This document shows positions 62,186-64,000 of a stretch of 64,000 nt of DNA, piece by piece; positions within the stretch are counted from its first letter, which is position 1, and every line of letters begins with the position of its first letter. Source of the stretch: a bacterium (GTDB lineage: Bacteria > UBA8248 > JACPRG01 > G963555815). The notes under the pieces were generated by a model. The model saw nothing but the letters and a program-made list of their open reading frames with translations. It did no database searches and was not told the DNA's origin. The DNA lies in NCBI GenBank assembly GCA_963555815.3, contig CAUVWX020000002.1, positions 192,001 to 256,000 on the forward strand. The letters are read 5' to 3'. Made by a program: the position numbers and the translations under genes.

Positions 62186-62983
62186 TTGCCCCCGCTCTTT
62201 CGAATGGAACTCGACGATCGGGCCCACCATGTCCGCGAGCTCTTCGCCCGGATCTCTCCGCGATACAACCTTGTCAATGATTTCATCACAGCCGGGCTGC
62301 ACCGGTGGTGGCGGCGAAGGTCTGCCACCCTGGCCTTCTCTCTCCTCCGGTGGGATGGCACCCCCCCCCTAAAAGTCATCGACCTCTGTTGTGGTACCGG
62401 GGACTACTTGGTCCTCTTCTGGCGGCGTTTCGGGAAGAGGGCCTGGCTGCTGGGGGTCGATTTCTGTCCTCCCATGTTAGAGGAGTCCCTGAGGCGGGTG
62501 CGACGCCTCGGGATCGGCAAACAGGTCAGGTTCCTCCGTGGAGATGTCACCAACCTGTCGGCCCTGAGGGGCAAAAGTTTTCACGTCGCCACGCTGGGTT
62601 TTGGGCTGCGCAATGTGTCAGACGTCAGAGGGGCTCTCTCGGAGGCCAGGAGGATCCTGCGGCCCGGAGGTGTCCTCGTTATCTTGGACCTGACCTGGCC
62701 GAAGAATGTCCTGCTTCGCTCCCTCGTCCTCTTCTATCTGAGGTGGATCCTGCCGCTCCTCGCGCGGTTGGCCAAGGGGGGTCGGGAGGACTACCTGTGG
62801 CTTCGCCGTTCTCTGACAGATTTTCCCAAGGCCGACCGTCTGATCCAATTGATGGAAGAGGTGGGCTTTGAGGGCGTGCAGGTGAAGCCTTTTGGCCTGG
62901 GGGGCGTCGCAGCGCACGTGGGCCGCCGCCCGCAAGGGCACCCCAGCGAAGCTCGTACGGCACAAGAAAAGTGGTCGAGTTGA
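62186..62983 (+). CDS. UbiE/MenG quinone C-methyltransferase
   Basis: F..I..RY...ND..T.GLHRWWR, DLCCGTGD, GFGLRNV, Y.WL..S...FP. Confidence 0.9.
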   Translation: MPPLFRMELDDRAHHVRELFARISPRYNLVNDFITAGLHRWWRRRSATLAFSLLRWDGTPPLKVIDLCCGTGDYLVLFWRRFGKRAWLLGVDFCPPMLEESLRRVRRLGIGKQVRFLRGDVTNLSALRGKSFHVATLGFGLRNVSDVRGALSEARRILRPGGVLVILDLTWPKNVLLRSLVLFYLRWILPLLARLAKGGREDYLWLRRSLTDFPKADRLIQLMEEVGFEGVQVKPFGLGGVAAHVGRRPQGHPSEARTAQEKWSS

Positions 62984-63114
62984 TTTTCTTGCACTGGACA
63001 ACGGGATTGTTGTTGATGCAGGACTGGATACGGCAGTGCCATGCGCACTGGGGTACCCAAGAAGAAACACTGGAGAATTACATCGCCAGCATTGAAAAAG
63101 GTCGGAAAAATTAA
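62946..63114 (+). pseudogene. 3' remnant of an ArsR/SmtB-like regulator (frameshifted)
   Basis: KLVRHKKSGRVDFLALD then, in another frame, GLLLMQDWIRQCHAHWGTQEETLENYIASIEK*; resembles the wing plus C-terminal helix of ArsR proteins. Confidence 0.45.
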
Positions 63115-63138
63115 CCACTTTAAAAAGGAACAAATAAT

Positions 63139-63369
63139 ATGAAAAAATTAACCTGTAGAGATCTTGGTGGTCCTTGCGATGAAGAGATCACTGGAAATTC
63201 ATTTAAGGAGATAGGAAATAATTGTGAAGCTCATGTAATGGAACAAATTAAGGATGGTGATGAAGCTCATGGAGCTGCTGTTGCCGAAATGATAAATGCA
63301 TCACCAGAAGAACAGAAGTCTATGATGACAGGGTTCGAAAAGAGATATAACGAAGCTCCGGATATATAA
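63139..63369 (+). CDS. DUF1059-like small metal-binding protein (low GC)
   Basis: MKKLTCRDLGGPCD...H...H; AAGGA RBS; AT-rich codons. Confidence 0.8.
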   Translation: MKKLTCRDLGGPCDEEITGNSFKEIGNNCEAHVMEQIKDGDEAHGAAVAEMINASPEEQKSMMTGFEKRYNEAPDI

Positions 63370-63395
63370 ATCAAAAACCACGACCAAGATCTTCC

Positions 63396-64000
63396 CTACG
63401 CCGTAGAAGAATCCCCAGCCTTTTCTTCGAGATCAATCCCAAGGGAGGAAAGGGCACCCTCGAGAGCCTTCAGGGCGTGCCCGAGGTATTCCTCGGCCTC
63501 CGCCCTCTCTTTAGCTCTGGACGCCAGGGTGAGACGAAGGCGGACGCCCTCTTCAAAAGGGCGGGCCCGGGACTTGATGTAAACCTTCGGGTGCGCCCGG
63601 TTGACCTTCTCAAGGACGGGCGCGAGGAGGGACTCGTCCGAACAGGAGGCCAAGAGATCCCTTCGGGCATAGGCCCCGGCGCCGAAGCGCTGCTGGAAGT
63701 GCGTCTGCACCTCCGTTTGAAAAATACCCTTCATTTCGGTGGGGACCCCCGGCAGGCAAACGACCTCTTGGGCGCCCACAGCCAAGCGCACGCCCGGGGC
63801 GGTCCCGACGGGGTTTGGCAGGGGGTGGGACCCCTTGGGAAGCCTTGCCATCTTTTGCCGGGCCGGGTTCAGGCCGGCCAACAGGCTGGAGCCCTGCCGG
63901 GAGAGGATGTCATACCGTTGAGTCACCAGGGAGAGGGCCTGGGGATGGAGTTCAAGAGGGACCCCCAGGGCCTCGGCGACCCCTGCCAGCGTGAGGTCAT
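63396..64000 (-). CDS. CinA-like molybdopterin-binding protein, 3' part only
   Basis: DLTLAGVAEALG, KMARLP, NPVGTAPG, LPGVPTEM, ES.LAP, VYIKS; open to the window edge. Confidence 0.85.
   Translation of the reverse strand, partial: DLTLAGVAEALGVPLELHPQALSLVTQRYDILSRQGSSLLAGLNPARQKMARLPKGSHPLPNPVGTAPGVRLAVGAQEVVCLPGVPTEMKGIFQTEVQTHFQQRFGAGAYARRDLLASCSDESLLAPVLEKVNRAHPKVYIKSRARPFEEGVRLRLTLASRAKERAEAEEYLGHALKALEGALSSLGIDLEEKAGDSSTA

Overview
High-GC bacterial chromosomal segment. 1-24.5 kb is a housekeeping backbone: partial PDH E2 (minus strand), tRNA(CAU), tilS, ftsH, pdxJ, nnr, tsaE, lptCAB, a frameshifted rpoN, hprK-EIIA-ptsH-ptsI, metK, ahcY, a methyltransferase, an aminopeptidase, an amidase, der, an EF-G paralogue, a MerR regulator and tRNA-Pro(GGG). 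Directly after tRNA-Pro (about 24.5-38.1 kb) lies a decaying defence island. It holds a PIN-toxin remnant and a restriction-like operon (HTH, DUF499 ATPase, DUF3780-like protein, DUF1156 N6-adenine methylase, PLD/SNF2 nuclease-helicase) whose ATPase is frameshifted and whose methylase has a nonsense codon, plus an IS3 remnant and a broken type I hsdM. 38-64 kb is mixed accessory and core DNA. It contains an MBL hydrolase, a ridA pseudogene, an M16 peptidase, a TPR protein and a GT2 glycosyltransferase preceded by an unexplained structured leader with terminator/antiterminator architecture. It also contains a DtxR-family regulator with an FbpABC-like transporter, porin and DoxX, then an asparaginase, MOSC, DoxX, tRNA-Arg(CCU), a YVTN propeller-YeeE-TusA module, HU, an FseA-like (DUF6499/DUF2285-like) regulator, pdhAB, ubiE/menG, a low-GC ArsR-remnant/DUF1059 patch and a partial cinA-like gene. 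All family calls come from motif recognition by eye, not database searches.
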